Source of the DNA: Lama glama | Lineage: Eukaryota | DNA length: 64,000 nucleotides | Direction of reading: 5' to 3' | NCBI GenBank assembly: GCA_028534125.1 | Contig: CM052817.1 | Span: 83,764,001 to 83,828,000, forward strand | Shown: piece by piece, positions 13,151 to 28,386 of the stretch | How positions within the stretch are numbered: position 1 is the first letter of the stretch | Layout: each line of letters starts with the position of its first letter | The notes under the pieces: generated by a model | What the model was told of the DNA's origin: nothing | Seen by the model: the letters and a program-made list of their open reading frames with translations, nothing else | Database searches by the model: none | Position numbers and translations under genes: made by a program

Positions 13151-13851
13151 ATTCTAACCATAAACCCATCTGAAATATCTATTAGTGTTCTTAAAGAATT
13201 ATTTGGGTTCTCATTGTTTTTTATTTTCTATTTTGTTAATTACTACAAAAGGATTGGCAATGATCATTGAATACAACTATCTCTAAGACTAAGAATATGA
13301 ATATAAACTCTGAAAATATAGAATTGATATAATTTATAAGAGAAGCAGAAAAGAAAGAGAAGGTAGAAAGTAGTGATTTCCTCAGCCATCACAGTCTGTG
13401 ATAGAGAGATCATTTAAAGACTAGAGATATTAGTATATTTAAAGGTATAAAGATAAGCAGTAAGAAAAAATATGAACTAAAATTGGGTGGTGGGGTGAAG
13501 GGAGCAAATATATCTTTCATTATTTATCAGCAGGACTTAATAAATACTATATAAAATATGGAAATACAGGTTTGAGTATTAAATAGAATTATAAAGATAA
13601 TCAGTAATATTAGTAAGTATAGCACTTAAATTTGCTAAGTGCTGTTTAAGTGCTTCACGTATAGTAACATTTATTTCTCATACCAATCCGAGTTAAGTCC
13701 TGTCATCATCCTCATTTTATGGATGAGTTACAGAAAGGGTAAGTGACTTGCTCAAAATCACACAGTAAAGGAACTCCGGGAGTTTGCCTCTAGAGGATGT
13801 GCTTTTAACCACTATGGTATATTACATCTTAAATATTTCTCTCTCTCTCAA

Positions 13852-13957
13852 GGGGAAAGGTACAGCACAGTGGTAGAGTGCTTAGCACGCATCCTTGTGT
13901 TCAATCCCCAGTACCTTCACTTAAGAAATAAGTAAATAAACCTAATTACCTCCCCAC

Positions 13958-13990
<33 letters not shown>
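13852..13990 (+). mobile_element. tRNA-derived SINE (Vic-1-like) with (TA)n tail
   Basis: 'ggggaaaggtacagcacagtggtagagtgcttagc...gttcaatccccagtacc...aaataaacctaattacctcccc'. Confidence 0.85.
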
Positions 13991-13993
<3 letters not shown>

Positions 13994-15191
13994 CTCTTTC
14001 AAATTTACATACACTCAAATGTAAAGTGATTTAATGTGAATGGTAAAAAAAACTTAAGACTCAATAAAACAAAAAAGAACTAAAACCAAAACATTATCAT
14101 AATAATAAAAATATAAATGGGCTAAGCTCACTTATTAATAGAAAAAAATGAGGCAGGCCTATACATCCTGAAATTGAAAGAGCTTTGTGGGTATTTTAAC
14201 TAGGCAGAATGAGGAAGAACCCTCAAAAAATACTAATATATAGTTGGTCTCTTCTGTGTTTAAAAAAACACACCAAAACACCTAAAATCTGTGTATATGT
14301 ATAAATGGATAGAACAAGTGCTCACAGGTGTACAGCATTAAGAGCAGTTACCTTTTGGGAAGAGAGGAAGCTTAGCAGAAGTGAAGAGAGACTGCTCAGT
14401 TTTACTCTGTATATTTTTGTATTGTTTCAATTTTGCCAAAAAGGTGTTACATAACTCAAGTAAAAATTTATAAAGTGTTTACAAGTAAAGAAATAACATC
14501 AACAAGAGAAAGGTCAGAAAGAACAGTATCCAAACTGTTAGCACTAAATATCTCTGAAAAGTAGAATTGGAGATAATGGGAAGATTATTTTTCCCTATTT
14601 TACTGTATATACTTCTGTATTGTTTGAATTTTAAAATGTTACAGTGAGAATTTTTGAATTAGAAAATAAAGAAGAGAATATATGATCATTTTCTCTTGCC
14701 TTTCCCCTGCATAATTTGTCTGTTCCTGTCCTTGAGCTGTGTACCTGGAATTCATCTTAGCTGTGCTTCCCACTTGCTGTGTGACCTTAAGTAAATCACC
14801 TATCCGCTCTGTGTCACAGTTTCTTTGTCTTGGGGTAATACATCTTCCTTCATAAAATTGTTGGGAGGCTTAAACAAGAATGTGAGAGAGAGAGAGAGAG
14901 AGATCGAGCGAGCGTGTGTGTGCGCGCACATGGTTTTTAATGGTGCCTGGCAGATGAAATAGTACTACATAAATATTAGCTACTCCTCTTGTTCAGCACA
15001 TTTTGAGTATTCACTACAGTCACTGTGCTGAGGATGGGAAGATCTTGTCGCAGAGGATTCAGTTTACTAAAGCTCAGGGCTCTACTTCATCTTCTCTACT
15101 TTCATCCCAGTTTTTTTTTTCTCTATCTGTATCTTATTTCCAAGAGAATAAATTCAAGGTTCTAGTAGAATCTCATTCTTTAATTTTTTCC

Positions 15192-15382
15192 CAATTATAT
15201 TGAGGAATTGTATAATTGATATACAACACTGTATTACTTTAAAGTGTACAACATAATGATTTGATACATGTATCTACTGTGATATGAGTACCACAATAAG
15301 TTTAGTTAATAATGTACAGCATGGTAACTATAGTTAACAGTACTGTTTTGTATATTTGAAAGTTGCTAAGAGAGTAGATCAA
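15192..15382. mobile_element. Short L1 3' end with internal inversion
   Basis: The left part is an antisense L1 terminus and the right part is the upstream 3' UTR segment in the opposite orientation. TCTTTAATTTTTT(T)CC direct repeats flank it. Confidence 0.7.
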
Positions 15383-15455
15383 TCTTTAATTTTTTTCCTG
15401 ATATATAAAGGGGTGGTTAGAAAACTGACCTGTTGGCTAAAATAAAATTTATTAA

Positions 15456-15590
<135 letters not shown>

Positions 15591-16211
15591 TAAGCACTTT
15601 TTTTCTGAAGGCTTGTTCTGAATTTGTTGTTTTAGTAAACATTTAAAATTTCATATCAGTTATAAAGTCCTTTACCACAAATATAAAGTGGTGAATTAAG
15701 TGTTAAACTGCTATATAAAAAAGAAATTATTTCCTTTTCTCTATTATCTAATTATTTTTCTTAAGTTTTAACCTGTATAAGCATAAATTGAACTATTTTT
15801 AAAGTAATTCAGATTTTAAAATAAAGAGGTCTCAGAAATACAAACTAAATTTTTAACTTTGGTAAGTTTTAAGTTGATTAGAATTTCCAGGGACTGAGCT
15901 TTCTTGGGTAATTTAATTTATAATGACTATAAAACCGGGATATAATGTAGTTCATGGAAATATCTGGGCTTATGAAAATCAATTTTCAGTATTTGTTTCT
16001 TTAATTTTGAGTCTTATGTATGTAATTATTTTCTGAACAATGATATTTCTCACTTTTTGTCTGAGACAAAATGTCAAGCTTGAAAAAAAAACCCAACAGC
16101 CTAATCTTTTTCTTTAATGATTAAAATTAAATTTTAATATAGTTTATGTACTAGAGTTGCTAATTCTTAATTACTTTTCATCAGTCTTAATATAATGGGA
16201 ATAAATACTGA

Positions 16212-16337
<126 letters not shown>

Positions 16338-17459
16338 TGAAAGAAATGCAATTATAGAAATTCAGTTTAATATAACTATGTGACAAGAGTAGGTTGAATG
16401 GTGTAGTGAGATAACAATGAACTCTAAAACATAAGTACAATATAGATTTTTCATTTAATATTTTTTAAATGCTATGTATCCTAACTGAATGCTTATAGTA
16501 ACTATATATACATTTATATTTGGGAGCATGTATTTAATACTTACCTAGATGTAAGAAAATATTTAGGGCTGGATCTTTTTGAGCCTCATCTTTTATTTTT
16601 AGGCTCAGGAGGGTTAAAGTAAATTATTAAGTGTTTCAGAAGAATTATAAGTAACACAGGGAAGGGGTCACATAGGCACCTCTCATCTGTATGGCCCACT
16701 GTTGTCGATAGCAGGTTACCCCTAATAAACTCTTATACTATTTTCCTCCTTAAAAAAAAATTAATATAGGGAAGCACTCTAGTTGGAGAATCAGCACAGG
16801 AGAAGCTATTATCAAAACAACTGTTAAATAATACCAGAGATATGTTATGGGATATAGTTAATTGCTGAGAGAAGGATAGAAAGAAAATGCTATAAAATTA
16901 GAGAATATGAGAAAATATATTTGAAGTAGTTTTTAAGCAACCATATGGTTTTCTGTAAAATATTTCTAGGTTTATGTAATTGGATGCTTGAAGTATTATT
17001 CAGGGGGGTTGCAAATTGCTGGGCTTCACATCCCACTGCCTTCAGCCAAAATAACTCTACTTTCACCACTTTTATATATTGAATATCTTTAGAAGACTGT
17101 GTTCTTCAAGACTTTTCACTGCTAAGAACAAAATTTTATAAATTGGAAATACCTTCTCTATACTATATAGCTGCTCCTTCTGTATCTTCTGGATTTAGGA
17201 CATTTCCCCCTCAAATTTTGCTAAATATTTCTATTTCCTCTGTTTCTTTTTTTCTATTAAAAAATCATAGGCTTAAAATAAACAAATGTAAAGCACACCA
17301 AGTAAAGATCAAAACTCTAATCTGCCACTTTCCACCCCCTAATTTCATTTTCCTACCAAGAAGGAATTACTGTTGGGATTTTAGAATGCTTTCTTATATA
17401 TATTCTTCCTCTCTTCTTTCCTCTCCCAGCCTTATCTGTCTGTCTCTTCTCTCTGTTTT

Positions 17460-18290
17460 TAGAATTTGAGATATATTTCACATACATTAAAAAAATCACC
17501 TTTTTAAAGTATACAATTCAGTGTTGTTGTTTTTTATTATTACATTCCCAACATGTGCAACTATCACTGCCTAATTCCAGGATATTTTTACTGCACCCCA
17601 AAAGAAACCCTGTACCCTTTAGCTCACCCCCACTTCCTCAGCCTTCCACCTGCTGGCAGTCACTAATCTGCTATCTATTTGATTTACCCGTTCTAGACAT
17701 TTCATCTAAATGGAATCATTCAGCATGTGGCCTTTTGTGTTTGGCTTATTTCACTTAGCAAATTTTCAAGATTCATCCATGTTTTAGGATGTACCAGTAC
17801 TTCATTCCTTTTTATGGCTAAATAATATTCCATTGTATGGATATGCAACATTTTGTTTACCCATTTATCATTTGATGGGCATTTGAGTTGTTTCTGCTTT
17901 TTAACTATTATGAATAATAATGCTGTGCATATTAACATACTAGTGTTTTTGTGGATGTATGTTTTCAGTTCTCTTGGCTATGTGTCTAGGAGTGGAATTA
18001 CTCAGTCACAGGGTTGCTCTGTTTAACTTTTTGGCAACTTTCCCGAAGTACACCATTTTACTTTCCCACAAGCAGTGCATAATGCTTTCAGTTTATCCAC
18101 ATTCTTATTAATATTTGTACTTGTCCTTGCCATCCTAGTGGGTGTGAAGTGTATTTTATTGTGACTTTGATATGCCTTTCCCTAATGACTATGATGTTGA
18201 GCATCTTTTCATGTGCTTATTGGCCATTTGTATGTCTTCTTTTCAGAAATATCTATGAAATCCTTGCCCATTTTTAGTGTTGAGTTGAAG
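17460..18290 (-). mobile_element. Old L1 (L1M) 3' fragment
   Basis: ORF 17720..17938(-) reads like the L1 ORF2 C-terminus (ALLFIIVKKQKQLKCPSNDKWVNKM..HTMEYYLAIKRNE). Confidence 0.85.
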
Positions 18291-19389
18291 CTTAATTTTT
18301 GTATCTATATTATATATGGCTCTAAAAACTTTTTTTTACAAAATTGCCATTTATCCCAACACTGTTGAATTAATATTCCTTTTCACATTAGTTTGGGCTA
18401 CTTCCTTTGCCAAATAATTAATTCTTCTAAAACACATAAAAAGAAAACTTTGAAACTATAGGAGGCACAAAGATGACTAAAATGTAAAGACTTCTTGGAT
18501 TAAAAATTTCATATCATATACATCTTAAGTCTCCTTACCATTTTCAAAACAATGTAATGCAATTCCAACTAAATACTCAACTTAGAATTAAGGTCCATAA
18601 AAGAATCCTAAAATTATTTTGGGAAGAATGTATATTTGGGTTTTAAGTCATTTGCCAAAAAATATGGATTATTTAATAAATGATGTTGACACAACTGGTT
18701 AGAATTTGTGTTTTTTAAAAGCTGGAGATATTTAGCTTCCAAAGATACAATTTTTTTGTTTTAGGTTTTAATGAAAATATGTGGTGTTTTCCTGCTAATT
18801 TAATTTTGACTACTGGTCTGGTAAAGAATTTTTTATTTTAAAAAAAACTATTTGAGGTGAAAAAGTTTAGGTGTTGAGTATTAGTAAATGTCTTTGCTAT
18901 ATATGTAAATATCACATTTCTCCTTTTTAATATGTGACTCATTACTCATTACTCATATGTAATGACATGACTCATTACATCAGTAGATTACCTTAAAATG
19001 AGCCATTCTAACATATGTGATGTCAACCCTTATTTGATTGTGGTAAATTATTTTTACAATTTGTTGGTAAATTGTTTTTGTATTTTTTTGTATATTGTTG
19101 AGTTCTTGTAACTAGTATTTTACTTTGTGATTGCATGTCATTATACAAGTGAGGTTTATTTATACTTTATTTTCCCAACTAGACTGTAGTAAAGGATATA
19201 GAAGGAAAATAAATGTGAGTACATAGGAGACATGTCTTTGGAAAGCAGAATGGGGCAAAAGGGTACATAGTAGGCACGGAAAAAAAAGTTTTAATTGAAT
19301 AGAACTTTTTTTATATATAGGAAAACATCTGTTATAGACTAAGATATCTTAGCCCTGGTGTATACATCTTGGGTTTGCTTTTCTTTTAG

Positions 19390-19491
<102 letters not shown>

Positions 19492-21281
19492 TAAGAATTT
19501 TTATTCAGACAGTTAAAGTAGTAGGTTATTTATGTTCATTTAAAATTATAATAGCAATGCCATAGTACTTCAGATTACTTAGTATTAATTACAATAATTA
19601 TTTAGCATTAATTCCCATTAAATGTGATATCTTGGAGAATAAAAATTTAGAGCTGTAGTATGCATTTGAACCTGTTGTTATCAGTTTAAAATAGACTATT
19701 ATAAATATGTTTTATATAAGCCTCACGGTAACCACAAAGGTAAAACCTGTAATAAATAGATAAAAGATAAAGATGAAGAAATGTAAGTATACTATTGCAG
19801 AAAATCATCAAATCACAAAGGAAGAGATAAACAGAAGAAAGTAACAAAAGAATTATAAAACAGCCAGCAAACAGTTAATAGAATCACAACAGTAGGTCCA
19901 TACCTATCAATAATCACTTTTGATGTAAAGGACTAAATTCTCCAATCAAAAGATATAGAGTAGCTGGAAGGCTAGAAAACAAGGCCCCAAAATGTATGTT
20001 GCCTACAAGAAAGTCACATCAGATATAAGGACATACACAGACTGAAAGTGAAGGAATAAGAAAAGATATTCCATGCAAATAGGAACCAAAAGAAAGCAGA
20101 GGTAGCTATACTTATTTCATTCAAAATAAACTTTAAGACAAAGATTGGAATAAAGGACAAAGAAGGTCATAATATAATGATAAAGGGGTCAATCCAGTAA
20201 GACCATATAACATTTGTATTTATGCACCCAACATAGGAGCTAAATATATAAAGCATATTAACAGATCTGAAAGGAGAAACAGACAGATATAATAATAGTA
20301 GGGAACTTCAGTACCCCACTTTAAACAATAAATAGATCATTCAGGCAGAAAATCAGTAAGGAAACTTTGGAATCAAGACACATGTTAGACCAGACAGACT
20401 TAAAAGAAATTTACAGAACATTGTATCCAACAGCAGCAGAATTTTTTTTTTCAAGTGCACAAGAAACATTCTCCAAGCTAGATCATATGTTAGGTCACAA
20501 AACTAGCCTTAATAAATTTACAAAGATTGAAATTACATCAAGCATCTTTTCCGGTCACGTTGGTATGAAACTAGAAACCAATTAAAAGGAGAAGACTGGA
20601 AAATTCAAAAATATATGGAGATTAAACAACATGTTACTGAACAACTAATGAGTCACGGAAGAAATCAAAAAATAAATTTAAAAAATACCTTGAGACAAAT
20701 GAAAATGGAAATACAACATACTAAAACTTACGAGATACAGCAAAAGTGGTTTAAGAGAGAAATCCATAACAATAAACACCTACATTTAAAAAAAAAAAGA
20801 TCTCAAATAAACAACCTAACTTTACTCCTCAAGGAACTAGAAAAAAACAAACTAAGCCCAGGTTAGTAGAAAGAAGGAAATAACATAGAGAGTGGAAATA
20901 AATGAAATAAAGACTATAAAAATAACAGAAAAGATCTATGAAACTAGGAGTTGGGTTTTGCAAAGATAAACAAATAGACAAACTTTCAGCTAGACTCACT
21001 ATGAAAAACTCAGAGCGGACTCAAATAAATAAAATTAGAAATGAAAGAGGAGCCATTACAACTGATATTACACAAATACAAATGATCATGAGACTACTAT
21101 GAACAATTATATGCCAATCACTTGGACAACCTAGAAGAAATGGATAAATTCCTAGAGACATACAACCTACCAAAACTGAATCAAGAATAAACCAAAAATC
21201 TGAACAGACCAACTACTGATAAGGATATTGAATCAATAATAAAAAATTTCCCAAAAAAGAAAAGTCTAGGACCAGATGGCT

Positions 21282-21424
21282 GGTGGGGGGTTGGGTGGGG
21301 AGGTGGGTATAGCTCAGTGGTAAAGTGTGTGCCTAGCATGAATGAAGTCCTGGATTCAATCCCCAGTGCCTCCATGTAAATAAATCAATAAAAACCCAAT
21401 AATCCACCCCCCCCAAAAACACCA
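21282..21424 (+). mobile_element. tRNA-derived SINE (Vic-1-like) nested in L1
   Basis: 'gggtatagctcagtggtaaagtgtgtgcctagcatgaatgaagtcctggattcaatccccagtgcctcca' with TSD CAGATGGCT at 21273 and 21425. Confidence 0.9.
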
Positions 21425-22136
21425 CAGATGGCTACACTGGTGAATTCTACATGTAAAGAAACATTTAAAGAAGAATTAATACAGTCTTTCTCGAACTCTT
21501 CCAAAATACTGAAGAGGAGGGAACACTTACTAACTTATTTTACCAGGCCAGTATAACCCTGATACCAAAACAGGATGCCCTCCCCCAAAAGAAAATTACA
21601 CGTCAGTATTCCTGATGAATATAGATGCAAAAATCCTCAACAAAATATTGGCAAACTGAATTTAACAATACACTAAAAGGATTATACACCATGATCAAAT
21701 GGGATTTATCCCAGGGATGCAAAGATGGTCCAATATCTGCAAATCAATCAGTGTCATACACCTCATTTTAAAAATGAAGGATAAAAATAAGATGATGGTC
21801 TCACTAGACGAAAAACCATGACAGAATTCAACAGCCATTCATGGTAAAAACTCTCAACAGGCTGGGTACAGAAGGAACATAGCTGAACATAATAAGACTA
21901 TATATGTCAAGCCCACAGCTAATATCATACTCAAAAATAAAAAGCTGAAAAGTCTTTTCTCTGAGATCAGGAACAAAATAAGGATGCCCATTTTGATGAC
22001 TTTCATTCAACATATTACCACAAGTAAGTCCCGGAAGAAAACATAGGCAGTAAGCTCCTAGACATAGGTCTTGGCAATGATTTTTTTGGGTATGACTCGA
22101 AAGCAAATGCAACAAAGGCAAAAATAAAACAGTGGA

Positions 22137-22435
22137 TTGGCCCCAGGCAGCCATGCAGACGGAGGGAAGACGCGCGGGGCAAGCAGTTAGAGGTTGTGGG
22201 CTCTAGGGTGGGAGGAGGCCGGGTTCACAGGGGCGCTGCGCTGGTGGCGGCTGCAGCTGCTGCTGCTGCTGCAGTGTCAGCGCGCGGGTGCATATGTCTC
22301 GGTGCCCACTCGCCAGGGGCGCCCAACGACCCTCTGGCACCTGTGCAGGCTGGAGACGCACAGCCCATTATGGAAGTGCAGGGTTGAACATGGTGTACCT
22401 GCAGGTGGTGCTGGCCAGCATTAAAAAAAAAAAAA
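22137..22435 (+). other. Unidentified GC-rich, A-tailed insert within L1 (probable retroposed transcript fragment)
   Basis: Abrupt GC/CpG-rich block ending in A13. L1 sequence resumes at 'tgggactacatcaaactaaaaagcttc'. Confidence 0.6.
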
Positions 22436-23004
22436 TGGGACTACATCAAACTAAAAAGCTTCTACATAGCAATGGAAAACAACAAAATGAAAAGGCAACC
22501 TGTGAAGTGGGAGAAAATATTTACAAATTATTAATCTAAAGGGTTAATATCCAAAATATACAAAGAACTCATACAACTGAATAGTGAAAAAACAAATAAT
22601 GGGTTAAAAAATGGGCAGAAGAACTGAACAGATTTTTTTTCAAAGAAGACATATAGTGGCCAATAGGTAAGTCAGATCTTGTCATAGACCCCAAGCTGAA
22701 AGACAAAAAAGGTAACATGAACGACTTTAAATCACAGCTTGTACAGCCAAGCATTATTCCTGCAAGGAGATAAAGCAGACTATCTACAGAGTTGTTTTTC
22801 TAAGACTTAATCATATACATTGATCTTTACAAAATAAGAACACTTCATTATGCATTTATAAAGTTGTGGTACTGAGTAAGGTAAAAATGATTACAATAAA
22901 TTATGTGCTTATATTGTAATTGAATATATTAATACCCTAACACAGAGCAAATTTACAATATCTTAGTTGCCTTTGGGCAAACATTACTTTAATGAGTCAA
23001 TTAG

Positions 23005-23035
23005 ATTTTGGTATGTGTGCTGCTGAAGCAAGCAC
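23005..23035 (-). pseudogene. 3'-truncated U6 snRNA retrocopy (about 30 nt)
   Basis: The reverse complement GTGCTTGCTTCAGCAGCACACATACCAAAAT matches the U6 5' end GTGCTCGCTTCGGCAGCACATATACTAAAAT with transitions, two of them at CpG. Degenerate flanking direct repeats are present. Confidence 0.85.
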
Positions 23036-23123
23036 AGTTAGAATTTGATATCAAAATTCTGAACAATCTTTTCTCTCAAGTAATTTAATTATGAAACTGT
23101 TATGAATTGAAAGTTTGTATTAA

Positions 23124-23297
<174 letters not shown>

Positions 23298-23325
23298 TAA
23301 CAGATACGGTTATTATATTCTTTAA

Positions 23326-25052
<1,727 letters not shown>

Positions 25053-25080
25053 ATGGCTGCAGGAAACCCAAGGACCAAAT
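25053..25080 (+). CDS. ABHD18: ABHD18 coding exon 6, 28-nt microexon: (Y)GCRKPKDQ(I)
   Basis: AT|GTAAGT donor; bridges phase 1 to phase 2 between the flanking exons. Confidence 0.88.
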
Positions 25081-25539
25081 GTAAGTATGTGTTACCTTTA
25101 TTTTTCCAGTCTTTATACTGAATTTTCAGCAGTCTTAAGATTTGGTAGTCTTCAGTTTTTAAGTTAAATATTCAAGTGTTACTGGAAGAAAAATTCTATT
25201 ATAAAACTGTGGTAGGCGTGTTATCTTGAATTTTTATTTTAAGCTTTATGCATTTTAAATATCTGATGAAAAGATAAATAAGAAATTTTAATAGGCTGAC
25301 TGAACAGGTATTATATTTGTCAAACTGTAACCAAAGAAAGGATAAAATGTTTACCTTTTTAAAGTACATTTACTTACTTTGTGAAATTAAACACTGCTAT
25401 TTTTATTTTTGCAATGTGTAGTATAGGTAACTTGAAGGTACACTTTCTTTCCTGTCTTTTAAAATGATGAACTTTGAAGTCAGTTTTTTTGCATTTCTGT
25501 AATCTATATTGTGTGTGGGTTTGGTTCATTCTATAGATT

Positions 25540-26240
25540 TTTGACCCTAAACACTGGGAGGACAGCAACAAAAAACGAGGTTCTTGCTTTCATAGAGCTT
25601 ATAGTCTAGTATGGGAGATAGGTAAAAATCAATAAGATAATTTCAAATACTTATCAATGCCATGAGGAAAATGAAATGGGGGTAGGTGCAGGGTGGAGCA
25701 GTGTTAGATGTAAAGACATGATAAAATGAGAAGGAGCTACCAAGGAGAAGACTTGGAGGTAATCATTCTCAGAGAAGGAAGAGTAAATGACAAGCCTGGT
25801 GTCAGCCCTTGGTGGGAGAGTAGTACAAGATGAGGTCAGAAAGGTAGGCAAGGGTCAGAGTACAAAGAGCCAGTTTGCTTTGAATTTCACTGTAATTGCA
25901 GTGGGAAACCTCTTGAGAATTTTAAGCAGAGAAGTGATCCGATTTATGTTTTGAAAGGCTTACTCTGGCTTACTGGGGCAAGAGTAGCAGCAGAGAAATC
26001 AAGTAAGAAGCTACTGCAATAACACAAGGGGAAAAGGACAACTTTAATGTGCTGGCAGTGGAGATAGAAAGAAGTTCTAATGGATTTGAGACATAATTTA
26101 GAAGTTGAAAGAAGACTTGTTAATAAATTGGATATCATGGATAAGAAATAAGAAGTTCTAACTTGGACATGTTAAATTTGTGATGACTATTAGACCTGTA
26201 AGTGGAGAAGTAGGGAGTTGGTAAGTTCTGGAGAGGTAGT
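25540..26240 (-). mobile_element. L2 relic
   Basis: 'ttgctttcatagagcttatagtctagtatgggaga' and 'ttttaagcagagaagtgatccgatttatgttttgaaagg'. Further L2-like pieces lie near 28840-29200, 49000-49560 and 51640-51950. Confidence 0.7.
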
Positions 26241-28053
26241 TAGAATTCACTTATTGTTTGTGAGGAAAAAAAAGGTTTGGAGGAAAAGCAAGGTGGGGTA
26301 GAGGCAAACCTATATCCTGTGAAGGATAGGTTAGAATATACTTTGTGAAACCTTGTGAAAAATCAAAGTCTAGACTTGATAGTTCAAGAATTCTTATTCT
26401 GGAACCAAGCAATGAATTCAGAACTAGGTGCATCATTTTTACCCTGTCTACAGGTGGTTAAAAACCAAAGAGTTTATTTAGTTGTAGTGAGAGGCAGCAT
26501 GGGCTTAATAGAAAAACTCTGACTTTGGAGTCATACAGACATAGGTTGGAATTGTAACTTGCCATTTACTAACTGTATGGCCTTGGCCTCGCTAAATATC
26601 AGTTATCTCATTTATAAAGTGAGAAATTTATCTAATTTCTTCCATGCAGAATTGCTGTGAGAATTATGTTTATAAGATATCCCATCAGATATTATGTACC
26701 CAAGAAATATAATACTCCAGTGTATTTTATTTTTCTCAAACAACTCATCCTAAGTAAGAAATGGCTTGCAACTTAAATAATAATAAACATTCTCATTCTC
26801 TCTCTCTCTCAAGCCTATTTTCATTGAAAGTGGTTGAACAATTTGACTGAGTCCACTGTTAAAAGTAACTGCTGTCCCAGAACCTACATCAGTAACTTCT
26901 AAATAAAAGAACCAACTGAAGTGGACTTGAGAATTCAAACTTCCATTCCAGGCCAAAATAAATAATCAGGGAATTATGTGATCATAAATAGACTGGAATG
27001 AGGGTTGGAAACAAATATAAGGATAAATGGGCTTTTTTATAATGAAGCATGAATATAATCTGTTTTGACAGAAGATAGCATATTTTCCATAAAGAAAAAG
27101 CTACCTTACGGACTTAGAGCTCTAAGAGGATGTGGTAGGACAGTGGACATAAGCTCTTTGGGGGCCAGAATTCCGTTTTTCACAGCTTGGCATTCCTATG
27201 GCATCTGGTTCTTTGTACATGATCATAACCATTGATAAAATGAATTTTTGTATACTTTGACAAGGTTTCATCTAGGAGCTAATTATGTATGTCTTTATAT
27301 GAATTAAATTTTGAAAAAACAGATTATAACTTGGTCACTTTAGTAATAAAATAACATTTTTATCACTATATAAGAATGGTTCTGGATTCTAAAAATATGT
27401 ATTTAAGTACTTCTTATAAGGATATGTACTTATATGTAAAAATCAGTTTCTAAAACAGAAAATTTCAGTTGAATTGGTATTTATTTAAATTAATCAAAAC
27501 ATGTATTTTTCTAAAAATATATTTTTCTAATATATTCATAAATTAGATAACCTGTGAAAATAAGTAACATTTAAGATTTTGGTAATACAAGAGCCTAGTA
27601 TTAGGCTAAATTCTTTTACATTGCTTTTTTAAAAAATGTCTGCTTTAAGTTCTATTGTAATTTTTTTTCTAAGAAGGGAAAGTATAAATTTATTTTTCCT
27701 TATATCATTAGTGGTAACTTAACTAAAAATTGACAGTATAGAAAAATTATCCTCCTGTAAATATTTTAACAGTTTTAAATTCTGTCAGATAAATAAGATA
27801 TTCTTTTCTGGACTTCAAAATTGTTAAATATTGAAATTCAATAAAGACTATATGCTGTAAAACTGATAGAACTTTATAAAAATAAGATTTAGGCAATTAG
27901 TATGTAGAGTAAATAATGTTAGCACTATTCTAATTTCATCAATTTATTTCATTGTTTTACTTAGCTAACTAAGTCTTTTAAAAGAAAACATGAAGTCTGG
28001 CTGCCTGTTGTAAATTTGCATATGTTAAAATATAAATACATAAGAATAAATAA

Positions 28054-28386
<333 letters not shown>

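Larger units (their letters stand above)
19650..22670 (+). mobile_element. Decayed L1 ORF2 (endonuclease to partial RT), with an internal deletion near 22020 and two nested insertions
   Basis: ORF fragments 'DLKEIYRTLYPTAAEFFFSSAQETFSKLDHMLGHKTSLNKF' and 'SQINNLTLLLKELEK', plus 'caccatgatcaaatgggatttatcccagggatgcaa'. Many stops and frameshifts. Confidence 0.93.

Noticed and set aside
21305..21375. tRNA-like sequence (also at the other SINE copies)
   Set aside because: A-rich tails, TSDs and broken stems show these are SINEs, not tRNA genes.
19650..22670. Possible active L1
   Set aside because: Fragmented frames, an internal deletion and nested insertions.
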